Of a stretch of 64,000 bases of DNA, positions 19,107 through 27,233 are shown piece by piece. The notes under the pieces were generated by a model. It saw only the letters and a program-made list of their open reading frames with translations, was not told where the DNA came from and did no database searches. A program made the translations under genes and the position numbers. The stretch's first letter is position 1. Each line of letters begins with the position of its first letter. Origin of the DNA: a virus. The stretch lies in IMG/VR virus record IMGVR_UViG_3300050343_000212. One strand, 5' to 3'.

Positions 19107-19393
19107 AGAATTAGTTTCTTACTAGGTGTTTTAATTTTGTTTGGATCAAAGATATTCTCGTAATTATCTACGATCTCCTCTCTAGCATCACACATATAAA
19201 CGATGTGTTTTTTGTCAACCTTGAGAGTTGTATCCTCCTTTTGGAGAACAGACCAGGGACCAAATCCAACTTGACCACTTGGAGAGGGTAGAGCAATCAA
19301 TGGATTCTCAACCTCAATACAAGTTTCGTTCTCATCAATTAGAGTACAAATTACCTCCTCACCGGAGATCATACGAAATACTTTTACATTCAT
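19103..19393 (-). CDS. Hypothetical protein (Sm-like fold suspected)
   Basis: MNVKVFRMISGEEVIC...GFGPWS. Confidence 0.75.
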   Translation of the reverse strand: MNVKVFRMISGEEVICTLIDENETCIEVENPLIALPSPSGQVGFGPWSVLQKEDTTLKVDKKHIVYMCDAREEIVDNYENIFDPNKIKTPSKKLIL

Positions 19394-19668
19394 TTTTCAA
19401 TACCTTTAGGGAACTCTTCAATCTCTACTAAATCATAATCCCAGTCTTCCATGACTGCATTGGCAAGAAATCTATCAGAAAGCATTTCTAATTCCTTCTC
19501 AGCATACTCTCTAGTCTCTGCCTCCAACCAAACATCAACCACCTTACCAAGTCTGAGTTTCTTGATATCTAAATCGGACAATCTCTTACAACAATCTCTC
19601 ACAGCATTACCAGGAGAGTCATCAACCTGTGACCTCAGACGGATGAATACTAAAGCTTTGAATTTCAT
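19390..19668 (-). CDS. purS: FGAM synthase subunit PurS
   Basis: IRLRSQVDDSPGNAV, LRLGK, FLANAVMEDW match the PurS pattern (DPxG, R.GK, L.NPV.E.Y). Confidence 0.85.
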   Translation of the reverse strand: MKFKALVFIRLRSQVDDSPGNAVRDCCKRLSDLDIKKLRLGKVVDVWLEAETREYAEKELEMLSDRFLANAVMEDWDYDLVEIEEFPKGIEK

Positions 19669-19826
19669 TTCAGTGCTTGAGAAAGAAGATTGGTCAAATC
19701 AGAAGTTTGTTGTGCCATTATTCTGTATCCTGTACCAACATAAAGTTGTCCAAGAAGAACAACGAGGGTCATAGTACTCCAGAAGTAATAATACATTCTA
19801 GATTTCTTTTGTCTTGATTTGGTCAT
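19665..19826 (-). CDS. 53-aa membrane protein (below ORF-track cutoff)
   Basis: Manual read MTKSRQKKSRMYYYFWSTMTLVVLLGQLYVGTGY...; ATGA overlaps at both ends. Confidence 0.65.
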   Translation of the reverse strand: MTKSRQKKSRMYYYFWSTMTLVVLLGQLYVGTGYRIMAQQTSDLTNLLSQALK

Positions 19827-20770
19827 TTGAATTCACACTCTACCATAATTTCAGTTAAACAAGCGAGAATATTTATCTCTTGATCAGCCACGAACGAACT
19901 TTGATACTGGTACTTAGCGATAATAAGGACAGCTGCAGCAACACCAGGGCCTTCAAGATTGTTATAGCAGGCATCGTATATGCTACGAAGAAGAACAGCG
20001 GGATCGTTATCAAGATTATTAACAACCCACTTACGGACGCTAGAAAAGTCTTTTTCCTTAAGTCTTTTGAAGAGGTCATCAGTTTTTACTAACGCGAACG
20101 AAGCGAGTATACCTGAGTCGATTTTTCCCCCTGACGAATACCTTTGAACTTCGTTGAGTACTCTTCTCCAGTCTGGGAAATGTTTGTTGATAAGTTCTGC
20201 AAGGACTTTTGCGTCATATCCAACAGATTCTTGATCCAGGATTTGTTGGAGTCTTTTGAAAAACTTTCCTGCAAGTTCCTGTCTTTCTTTTCCCTTAATG
20301 GCAAAGTCAATGACTGCACATCGGGAGTGGAGGGGAGCAACGATCTTGTTTTTGTAGTTGCAGGTGAAGATGAATCGACAGTTGCCAATAAACTCCTCAG
20401 TAAACGCCCGTAAGGCAAGTTGTACATCTGGGGTTGTGTTATCTGCTTCGTCAATGATGATGACTTTGTGTTTAGCAGTTGACGAAAGCGATACGGTCGA
20501 AGCGAAATTCTTCGCATTGTTTCTGACAGTATCAAGGAATCTCCCTTCATCGGATCCATTGATGACATAAACATCTACTCCAAGTTCGTTACATAGGGCT
20601 TTAGCGACAGTGGTTTTTCCACATCCAGGAGGACCAGATAAGAGAAGATTGGAAACCTCACCTTTATCTAGGAAAGCTTTGAATGTATTCTTAATGTTGT
20701 CAGGAAGAATACATTCCTCAATAGTCTTAGGTCGATACTTCTCAACCCAGACAAACTCATCACGACTCAT
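19823..20770 (-). CDS. gp44: Clamp loader large subunit gp44
   Basis: WVEKYRP, GPPGCGKTT, IIIDEAD, LHSRC. Confidence 0.97.
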   Translation of the reverse strand: MSRDEFVWVEKYRPKTIEECILPDNIKNTFKAFLDKGEVSNLLLSGPPGCGKTTVAKALCNELGVDVYVINGSDEGRFLDTVRNNAKNFASTVSLSSTAKHKVIIIDEADNTTPDVQLALRAFTEEFIGNCRFIFTCNYKNKIVAPLHSRCAVIDFAIKGKERQELAGKFFKRLQQILDQESVGYDAKVLAELINKHFPDWRRVLNEVQRYSSGGKIDSGILASFALVKTDDLFKRLKEKDFSSVRKWVVNNLDNDPAVLLRSIYDACYNNLEGPGVAAAVLIIAKYQYQSSFVADQEINILACLTEIMVECEFK

Positions 20771-21465
20771 AAAAATTGCCTTAGTTTGGTCAAAATAATC
20801 TTGTAGGCTTCTACTATATCACCTTCTCCATTCCTGAACAAGTCCTTATCAAACCTGTCCCTGGTAGACTTACACCACAACCTCATGTTGTCTGGTGACA
20901 ATTCATCAGCGACATATAAATCACCGTGAGCATCATAACCAAACTCCAACTTAAAATCTACAAGATCAATACCACACAACAAAAAAACTTGTTGTAGCAA
21001 TTGATTGATATCGTTAGTTTTTTCAATTAGTGGTTTAGTATCAATTCCCATCAACCTCACTCGATCTGGTGTAAGTAGTGGATCGTTTTTACTATCATCC
21101 TTAAGAAAAAACTCAATAATAGGAGGTTGAATGATAATCCCTTCTTTCAGACTTGTGGTTCTCACAATAGAACCAGCTGCAATATTCCTACAAATAACTT
21201 CTAGAGGAATAATATCAAGTTTTTTACACCTCATTGTGTTTAGTGAGGGACAATCGATATAGTGTGTTCTGATAGAATTACTCTCCAGAAACTCCATTAA
21301 CATTGCTGTCATAAGACAACAGATTGTACCTTTACCTTCGGGGAAATCAATCATATTGCCATTCCCGGCAGTAACACAATCTTCGTACTTAATCAGTATC
21401 TCTGAAGGATCATCACCTTCATATAAAGTTTTTACTTTCCCCTTTAAAATTTGATTCATACCCAT
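20767..21465 (-). CDS. purC: SAICAR synthetase
   Basis: KGKVKTLY, IPLEVICRNIAAGS, LVDFKLEFG, ADELSPDNMRLW, DKDLFR. Confidence 0.96.
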   Translation of the reverse strand: MGMNQILKGKVKTLYEGDDPSEILIKYEDCVTAGNGNMIDFPEGKGTICCLMTAMLMEFLESNSIRTHYIDCPSLNTMRCKKLDIIPLEVICRNIAAGSIVRTTSLKEGIIIQPPIIEFFLKDDSKNDPLLTPDRVRLMGIDTKPLIEKTNDINQLLQQVFLLCGIDLVDFKLEFGYDAHGDLYVADELSPDNMRLWCKSTRDRFDKDLFRNGEGDIVEAYKIILTKLRQFL

Positions 21466-21983
21466 TCAGGTTTACGATTTGGAAGGCGAAGATAATTATC
21501 CTTCACCCATGGTTTAGAACCTATGTACATTTTATATGCATCAAAGGTTGATATATTAGTATCTAGTTTGAACTCATCAGGCATTGCCCTCACAAATGGC
21601 GTAGTCTCCTTGCCAGACCTTCCTGTAGGATCACCAGTAGGGAGAATTTCCTTTGCAACCAAGAGAGTATGGTAACAGGTATGAACCTTGCCATACCGGT
21701 TCTTATACTCCTCACAGAGAGCTAGTCCATGTTGTAAAAGCCACTGCCAATTCATCACAAACTCATTAGCCCAGATAGTACAGGGATGATTACGAAAGGC
21801 ACCTTTCTCAGTTGTGTAGGGTGCACCATTAGCTTTGGGAAGAGTACCAAACCCATGACCCCATTTATCAGAACATACAATGGCTAACATCTGACAGGTC
21901 TCAAGAGGCATCTTGACAATATGTTTGTCAGGAAGAACTTGAGCAGAATCCCATGGACTAGAGCTAGTAACGAAGATGTTCAT
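21456..21983 (-). CDS. Pyrimidine-dimer DNA glycosylase/DenV-like family protein
   Basis: MNIF...DKHIVKMPLETCQML...HPCTIW...EEY..RYGK.H. Confidence 0.7.
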   Translation of the reverse strand: MNIFVTSSSPWDSAQVLPDKHIVKMPLETCQMLAIVCSDKWGHGFGTLPKANGAPYTTEKGAFRNHPCTIWANEFVMNWQWLLQHGLALCEEYKNRYGKVHTCYHTLLVAKEILPTGDPTGRSGKETTPFVRAMPDEFKLDTNISTFDAYKMYIGSKPWVKDNYLRLPNRKPEWV

Positions 21984-22171
21984 AATAATTTTGATAATGA
22001 GATCATCAACAAGAATGATAACATAATTACTACATCCCAGGACTTTGTTCTCACAAAGTAGGGTACCGATATAAGGTCAGCAACAAAATGTGTTACTGCC
22101 CCCACCACCACATTTACATGAAGAACAATAAAATAGGCAATGATCACAAGACCACTACCAATGATCCTCAT
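21980..22171 (-). CDS. Small membrane protein
   Basis: Hydrophobic ORF, likely start MRIIGSGLVIIAYF. Confidence 0.6.
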   Translation of the reverse strand: MRIIGSGLVIIAYFIVLHVNVVVGAVTHFVADLISVPYFVRTKSWDVVIMLSFLLMISLSKLL

Positions 22172-22178
22172 CTTAATA

Positions 22179-22850
22179 TCAACCGAAGGTTGAGTCTGGT
22201 TCGAGTGCGATGTAGTATGTGACATCTTGATTTTGATTCACGAAACGGGACAAAAGTTTTTCAGATACAACCACATCATAGTTGCCTGGAATAATCTTCA
22301 AGTTCTCTTCCTTGAAGTTAAAGACAAACTCATTGTCTGTCTCACCAACAATAATCTCAAAATCGTTTGAGGTATCATTCTTCTTATCACGAGCTACCAG
22401 TTTGATGACACCAGCTTCACCAATGACAGAAATGTCAGGTACTTGGTAGACAGATGCTGCTTTCTTAAGTTGTTGAAGGTCTTCTGCCTTCATCACAAAA
22501 CACACATCTTCTGAAGGGAGAGTGATCTCTTTTTCTGGAGGTGCAACAATGACAGAGGGATCTGCGAAGAAGAACTTAGAACGTCGCTTACCTTCACGGA
22601 TAACAACATACTCATTGTTTTTGAAATCTAATTCAGGACTGTTATGGAGTGACAATCCATTGAGAAACTGGTTCAAATCATAGATACCAAAATCTTTAGG
22701 GAACTCCTCATTAATGTTTGCCTCAACCAGAATGTTCTTCATCACAGAAATTGAACGCAATCTAGTTCCTTGTTTGAAGAGAATTGATTGATTGATAGAA
22801 GAAAAGTTTTTCAGAAGGTTTACAGTGTTTTCACTGAGTTTCATAGTCAT
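22179..22850 (-). CDS. gp45: Sliding clamp gp45
   Basis: MKLSENTVNLLKNFSSINQSI, FGIYDLNQFL, YYIALE. Confidence 0.96.
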   Translation of the reverse strand: MTMKLSENTVNLLKNFSSINQSILFKQGTRLRSISVMKNILVEANINEEFPKDFGIYDLNQFLNGLSLHNSPELDFKNNEYVVIREGKRRSKFFFADPSVIVAPPEKEITLPSEDVCFVMKAEDLQQLKKAASVYQVPDISVIGEAGVIKLVARDKKNDTSNDFEIIVGETDNEFVFNFKEENLKIIPGNYDVVVSEKLLSRFVNQNQDVTYYIALEPDSTFG

Positions 22851-23254
22851 TGGTTGTAAGTTTCAGTCTTGTTGTTCTTGTCATTGAAATACATTAGAAG
22901 AACAGCATAATGCAGGATCTTCATAATGTCACGTCTTGATGTTCCTTTCTTGTCATATCGTGATGCGTACTTAAGAATGTTACTACGACAGAACGCCTCA
23001 CCATCACCACAGGCTTCAATCAGATCGAGTGTCTGGATTTTATCATTACCAGACGAATAATGTTGATTGTAAGTTGAAGTGATGTATTCAGAGAGTTCCT
23101 TAATAATTTCATCCTCATTGTACTTTCTCATACCCTTAGTTTTTGGGGTACTGAAATCACCGAGATTCTCAATATAGTTTCCCATATAGAGATTCTCGTC
23201 AGATAGGGTAATTCTATCAGTACCCTCTCCTCCAACGAAAGTATTTTCAGTCAT
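22847..23254 (-). CDS. DUF3310/T7 gp1.7-like putative nucleotide kinase
   Basis: HY...FCRSNILKYASRYDKKG...DIMKILHY. Confidence 0.65.
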   Translation of the reverse strand: MTENTFVGGEGTDRITLSDENLYMGNYIENLGDFSTPKTKGMRKYNEDEIIKELSEYITSTYNQHYSSGNDKIQTLDLIEACGDGEAFCRSNILKYASRYDKKGTSRRDIMKILHYAVLLMYFNDKNNKTETYNQ

Positions 23255-23283
23255 ACTATTTTAGTTAGATACACTATACTCTA

Positions 23284-24396
23284 TCAGCATACTTGGACTA
23301 AGTCAACATTTTCACTTTCATTTTCGATAGAGAAGTCCACATCGACTTTGTCGTAGAGTTCCATGAAGGATGTTTTAGTCTCTTCATCGAAACGGTTAAT
23401 ACAAACTTGGAGTGCTTTATTCTTATCATTAAAGATAGAGTAAGCATGAATGATATGAACCAGACGACGAGTGGAGATAACCTCCTCAATACCACCGTCA
23501 TAGAATGTCTTACGGATGATATCAGCCCAGTCACACAGGTACCTACAGAACGAACGATCATCGATACCCAGATCCAGTGCGACACCCTCAAGAATCTTCT
23601 GTTCGATAGCAACTGTAGGATAGGTCTGCTCAAACGTTACGGGGAATCTTTCAAGGAAAGCTTCATTGAGAACATTAGTTCCAATAAAGCGACCGTCATC
23701 GCTCCCTTTACCTTTAGTATTTGCAGTTGCAATAACATTAAATCCTTTTTTGGGTTGGACAAACTTACCAATTTTCTTAAGAAAAACACCTTTACCCTCA
23801 AGGATTGACTGAAGACATAGAATCTTGTTAGATGCTAGGTCAACCTCATCTAGAAGAAGTATAGCTCCCCGTTCCAAAGCTTCGATGACTGGACCATTAT
23901 GCCAAACAGTTTCGCCATTAATAAGACGGAAACCACCAATAAGATCATCCTCGTCGGTTTCAATGGTGATGTTGACACGGATCAATTCTCTCTTGAGTTG
24001 TGCACAAGCTTGCTCAACACTAACCGTCTTACCATTACCAGAGAGTCCCGTAATGAAAGTAGGATAGAATAGATAAGAAGAAATAATTTTCTTAACGTCT
24101 TTAAAATTACCAAACTGAACAAAAGTATTATCTTTCTGTGGTATCAAGTCCTGAACAACGGATGGTTCAGCTGATGGAGAATCATATGTCTCTTCCAGTT
24201 GTTCCTGAACAGTCAGATTCCACTTACCACGACCTGTTTTATAGTCTGTGAGTCGTTTAGAAACAGTCACATAGTTGTGATCGTTCATAGCACACCAGGC
24301 ACGAACTTCAGGTGTAGTAATAGTTTCACCATAAAGAGCTTTAAGTGAGGTAATGACGTATTCGACGGAGAGTGACATGGTGGTTCGTTTCAACAA
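23284..24396 (-). CDS. cobS: CobS-like MoxR-family AAA+ ATPase
   Basis: GLSGNGKT, ETDEDDLIGG, LLLDEVD, IATAN, AFLERF, ISTRRL. Confidence 0.9.
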   Translation of the reverse strand: MLKRTTMSLSVEYVITSLKALYGETITTPEVRAWCAMNDHNYVTVSKRLTDYKTGRGKWNLTVQEQLEETYDSPSAEPSVVQDLIPQKDNTFVQFGNFKDVKKIISSYLFYPTFITGLSGNGKTVSVEQACAQLKRELIRVNITIETDEDDLIGGFRLINGETVWHNGPVIEALERGAILLLDEVDLASNKILCLQSILEGKGVFLKKIGKFVQPKKGFNVIATANTKGKGSDDGRFIGTNVLNEAFLERFPVTFEQTYPTVAIEQKILEGVALDLGIDDRSFCRYLCDWADIIRKTFYDGGIEEVISTRRLVHIIHAYSIFNDKNKALQVCINRFDEETKTSFMELYDKVDVDFSIENESENVDLVQVC

Positions 24397-24437
24397 AGTT
24401 ATTATAAAGGATGGAAAGGGATCAGGAAGACCCTTTA

Positions 24438-24455
24438 GGACAGTTCCTCAAGTGG
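24438..24455. promoter_or_regulatory. Palindromic upstream element, copy before cobS
   Basis: GGACAGTT-CCTC-AAGTGG, 31 nt from TATAAT. Confidence 0.55.
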
Positions 24456-24456
24456 A

Positions 24457-26592
24457 TCAACAAACTAGATCCATAAACTGACTCAGAACTTTCTTATTTA
24501 GAGACTTAGCCTTCAAATTCTTAACGAAGGCTGTTCTGATTTTAGCTTTAGATGCACCTTCCTCAACTTGAAAATCTACATCATTGTTGAGTGCCTGATC
24601 AACCATAATAAAGTAGGAAGAATACCCAGAGTTGTTAATAGAGAAGAACTTGTCCTTCTTAACCTGTTTGACTTTCTTATCGATATCGTACTCTTCATAT
24701 CGTTTAATCATACTATTTACGTCGCGAGTTGCAGCAATCCTGATTCCGATAAAGTTAGTTCCAGGGAAAGTTTCTTTCATATCAGCCAATAAAGTCTCAG
24801 TAAACTGATAATAATAATCACCAATCTTATAAGTATGGCCAGTACTACGGTTACGGAGATAAGAGTGACCACGACTAAGATTGGAATGACCTTCTCTTAT
24901 ACCATACTTTTCAGAATCCCAATAGTTACAATAAGGAAGATAGTTTGCTTCACCATCAGTCAGTATCACACACTGAACTTTTTGAAGGTCATTGTTTTTC
25001 TTAAACTGAGGAATGATCTTATAGAGAGACACCAAAGATTCGTTCAATGGAGTACCAGAAAGACCAAATCCTTGAGGGATTTCATACTTACCCCAGGTTT
25101 TAAAGTAGTATGCGATTCTCCATAGGTTGAGAATCTGTTTCTCCATGTTATTGCGTTTGGTTCTACTAGACAGGAAGTTGATAAGATTGAAGTCCTTATG
25201 AACAAACAACTTACCATTTTCCCATTCCATTGAATCCATTTCTACATCATCACTTCTCCAATAAAAAGAGTTAGTAAATGCGTAAACCTCAAAGGGAATA
25301 TTACACTTGTTACAGAACCAGACTAGATTGATTAACTGTTTAACAGTATCTAGAATGTAATCACCCATAGAACCTGACCAATCCAGGATAAAGATCAGAC
25401 CATGATTCTGACCATCAGGAAGGACATTGATCTTACGGAATAAGTTTTCATTATACTTATAAGTATGGAGTTTAGTACAATCAAGAACACCAGTCTTAGA
25501 TACAAATGAACGAGAATATGCGTCTGCAGATTTCTTGCACTCAAACTCTTTTACCAGATAATTCACCTCACGTTGTGATTCCCTCTTGAACTTCTGATAT
25601 TCTTCATCAGGTCGAGTAAAATCAGAAACTTGATATTTTACCTCACCAGTGAATTCACACTTATGTTCCATAGGAACCAACTGTCGTGCAAAATCTTCAT
25701 CAATAAGACGTTGAACTTCAACGTGATCGATGATAATGTTATCTAGATTTACATCAGGAACTTCTACATAGATGTTCTGGATACCACGATCCATACCATT
25801 TAGTTCAGAGATACCATCCTCAAATGCTCGATCAGTGGTAGCTTCAGGTTCTCCACTTTCCTGCTTTACTTCATTCTCAGTGTCTAATTTCTGATTCTCA
25901 GACTCACGTTTAGCTGCTTCTTCAATCATCTCTTCATGAGTCATATCATCACTAGAAGATTCAGGAGTTTCAGAGTTTTCTACATTGCCTCCCTGTTGAT
26001 CGTTAGTTCCTTTAGGTTCAGGATTGTGAGTATCAGTTTTAGTTTGAGATTGTTGATCCTTACAGTAGGAATAAATCTCTCTTGCTAGATTACATACTTC
26101 CCCAAAAGTTTCGGTCAGACCAACACGGTCGCGGAAAACAATCTCAGTTGCCTGAAAAGGAATATCAATAAAGTTACCAATCTTCCAGTACAGATTGATA
26201 CGATCAGCCAGGTTCATTCTTTCAATATCCTGATCCTCAATGCAGAAAAAGTCTTGATCAGAAAGTTCATTATACCCCTTGAAGAAACTCTTAGCGAGTC
26301 CGGGATAACGACGTTTCATCAACTTCTCAATACGAGCATCTTCTATAATATTAACAAATGAGTGAGGAATATCTCCTGGGGGATCTACATTTGGAGTATA
26401 AAGTGCATGTCCTACCTCATGTCCTACCAACATATCATAGACAGCATTGGATGCACGTTTCCACATAGGAAGTGTTAGAACACGATTCTCCACATCAAAC
26501 TGAGCTGTCATCACCTCACGGTTCTCAACCACAATGTCCTCAGTGGCTAGAAGTTTGGCTAGTTGTGACTTGACTTCGTAGTTGACTGCCAT
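24457..26592 (-). CDS. Metallopeptidase-VWA (CobT-like) protein
   Basis: HEVGH (HExxH), NIIEDARIE, LDWSGSM MIDAS, SGTPL, ILTDGE; likely start MAVNYEVK at 26592. Confidence 0.85.
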   Translation of the reverse strand: MAVNYEVKSQLAKLLATEDIVVENREVMTAQFDVENRVLTLPMWKRASNAVYDMLVGHEVGHALYTPNVDPPGDIPHSFVNIIEDARIEKLMKRRYPGLAKSFFKGYNELSDQDFFCIEDQDIERMNLADRINLYWKIGNFIDIPFQATEIVFRDRVGLTETFGEVCNLAREIYSYCKDQQSQTKTDTHNPEPKGTNDQQGGNVENSETPESSSDDMTHEEMIEEAAKRESENQKLDTENEVKQESGEPEATTDRAFEDGISELNGMDRGIQNIYVEVPDVNLDNIIIDHVEVQRLIDEDFARQLVPMEHKCEFTGEVKYQVSDFTRPDEEYQKFKRESQREVNYLVKEFECKKSADAYSRSFVSKTGVLDCTKLHTYKYNENLFRKINVLPDGQNHGLIFILDWSGSMGDYILDTVKQLINLVWFCNKCNIPFEVYAFTNSFYWRSDDVEMDSMEWENGKLFVHKDFNLINFLSSRTKRNNMEKQILNLWRIAYYFKTWGKYEIPQGFGLSGTPLNESLVSLYKIIPQFKKNNDLQKVQCVILTDGEANYLPYCNYWDSEKYGIREGHSNLSRGHSYLRNRSTGHTYKIGDYYYQFTETLLADMKETFPGTNFIGIRIAATRDVNSMIKRYEEYDIDKKVKQVKKDKFFSINNSGYSSYFIMVDQALNNDVDFQVEEGASKAKIRTAFVKNLKAKSLNKKVLSQFMDLVC

Positions 26593-26651
26593 ATGGTGTT
26601 TTATCGATATAACTATGATACACGAAAACTGAGTCCTGAGGAAGGAACCAG

Positions 26652-26669
26652 GACACTTTAACAACTGTC
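26652..26669. promoter_or_regulatory. Palindromic upstream element, copy before the peptidase-VWA gene
   Basis: GACACTT-TAAC-AACTGTC, 30 nt from TATCAT. Confidence 0.55.
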
Positions 26670-26740
26670 TGCAGACCAATCCCGGCCTCTAAGGACCGGG
26701 ACTTTAGTTTAAACTCCTATAGGTGGTTTAATTAAATTTA

Positions 26741-26908
26741 CTATTCTGTAAGAATGTGCCTACAAAACCTCCTTGCTGTTTGATCTATGATGCCACACTC
26801 TGAAATACATTGGAAATAATCTGACACTTGATCATACTTTTCTTCTGATGAGTGTTTTTCGTCCCACCTCCAAGATGATAATTCGTTTCTTGATATCAAG
26901 TTGTGCAT
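26741..26908 (-). CDS. 55-aa Cys-containing hypothetical protein (below ORF-track cutoff)
   Basis: Manual read MHNLISRNELSSW...DYFQCISECGIIDQTARRFCRHILTE*; GAGG upstream. Confidence 0.65.
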   Translation of the reverse strand: MHNLISRNELSSWRWDEKHSSEEKYDQVSDYFQCISECGIIDQTARRFCRHILTE

Positions 26909-26953
26909 AATACCCTCTATCTCACTTCATTATCTAGGCAACTTATGTTTAAT

Positions 26954-27136
26954 TCATGACATTTGGTTAATAATTAACATTTTAGTATTATTTCTTTTTA
27001 TTTCTTTACATAATGAGACTCTCTTGAATTTCTTCTTAAGAGCCTGTAGTTTGTACTTAGATTGTCTAAGTGCATGAGGTTTAAGTGACCTTTTCTGTTC
27101 CTTTTTGCTGTGATGTTGCCAATTTGGAGTATTCAT
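26954..27136 (-). CDS. Small basic hypothetical protein
   Basis: MNTPNWQHHSKKEQKRSLKP. Confidence 0.55.
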   Translation of the reverse strand: MNTPNWQHHSKKEQKRSLKPHALRQSKYKLQALKKKFKRVSLCKEIKRNNTKMLIINQMS

Positions 27137-27233
27137 TGAGATACCTATCAGATGCAGGGTCGGTGATTAACGTCATACCATTTTTTTTGAATTCTTTGGA
27201 GATGTCAACTGGACGGCGGATTTGTTCTCTCAT
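27081..27233 (-). CDS. 50-aa hypothetical protein
   Basis: Manual read MREQIRRPVDISKEFKKNGMTLITDPASDRYL; ATGA overlap with gp46. Confidence 0.55.
   Translation of the reverse strand: MREQIRRPVDISKEFKKNGMTLITDPASDRYLNEYSKLATSQQKGTEKVT

Noticed and set aside
10956-21465. 2-aminoadenine (Z-base) pathway suggested by mazG plus pur genes
   Set aside because: No purZ/purA or datZ homologue is seen; purC, purM and purS are ordinary de novo purine enzymes.
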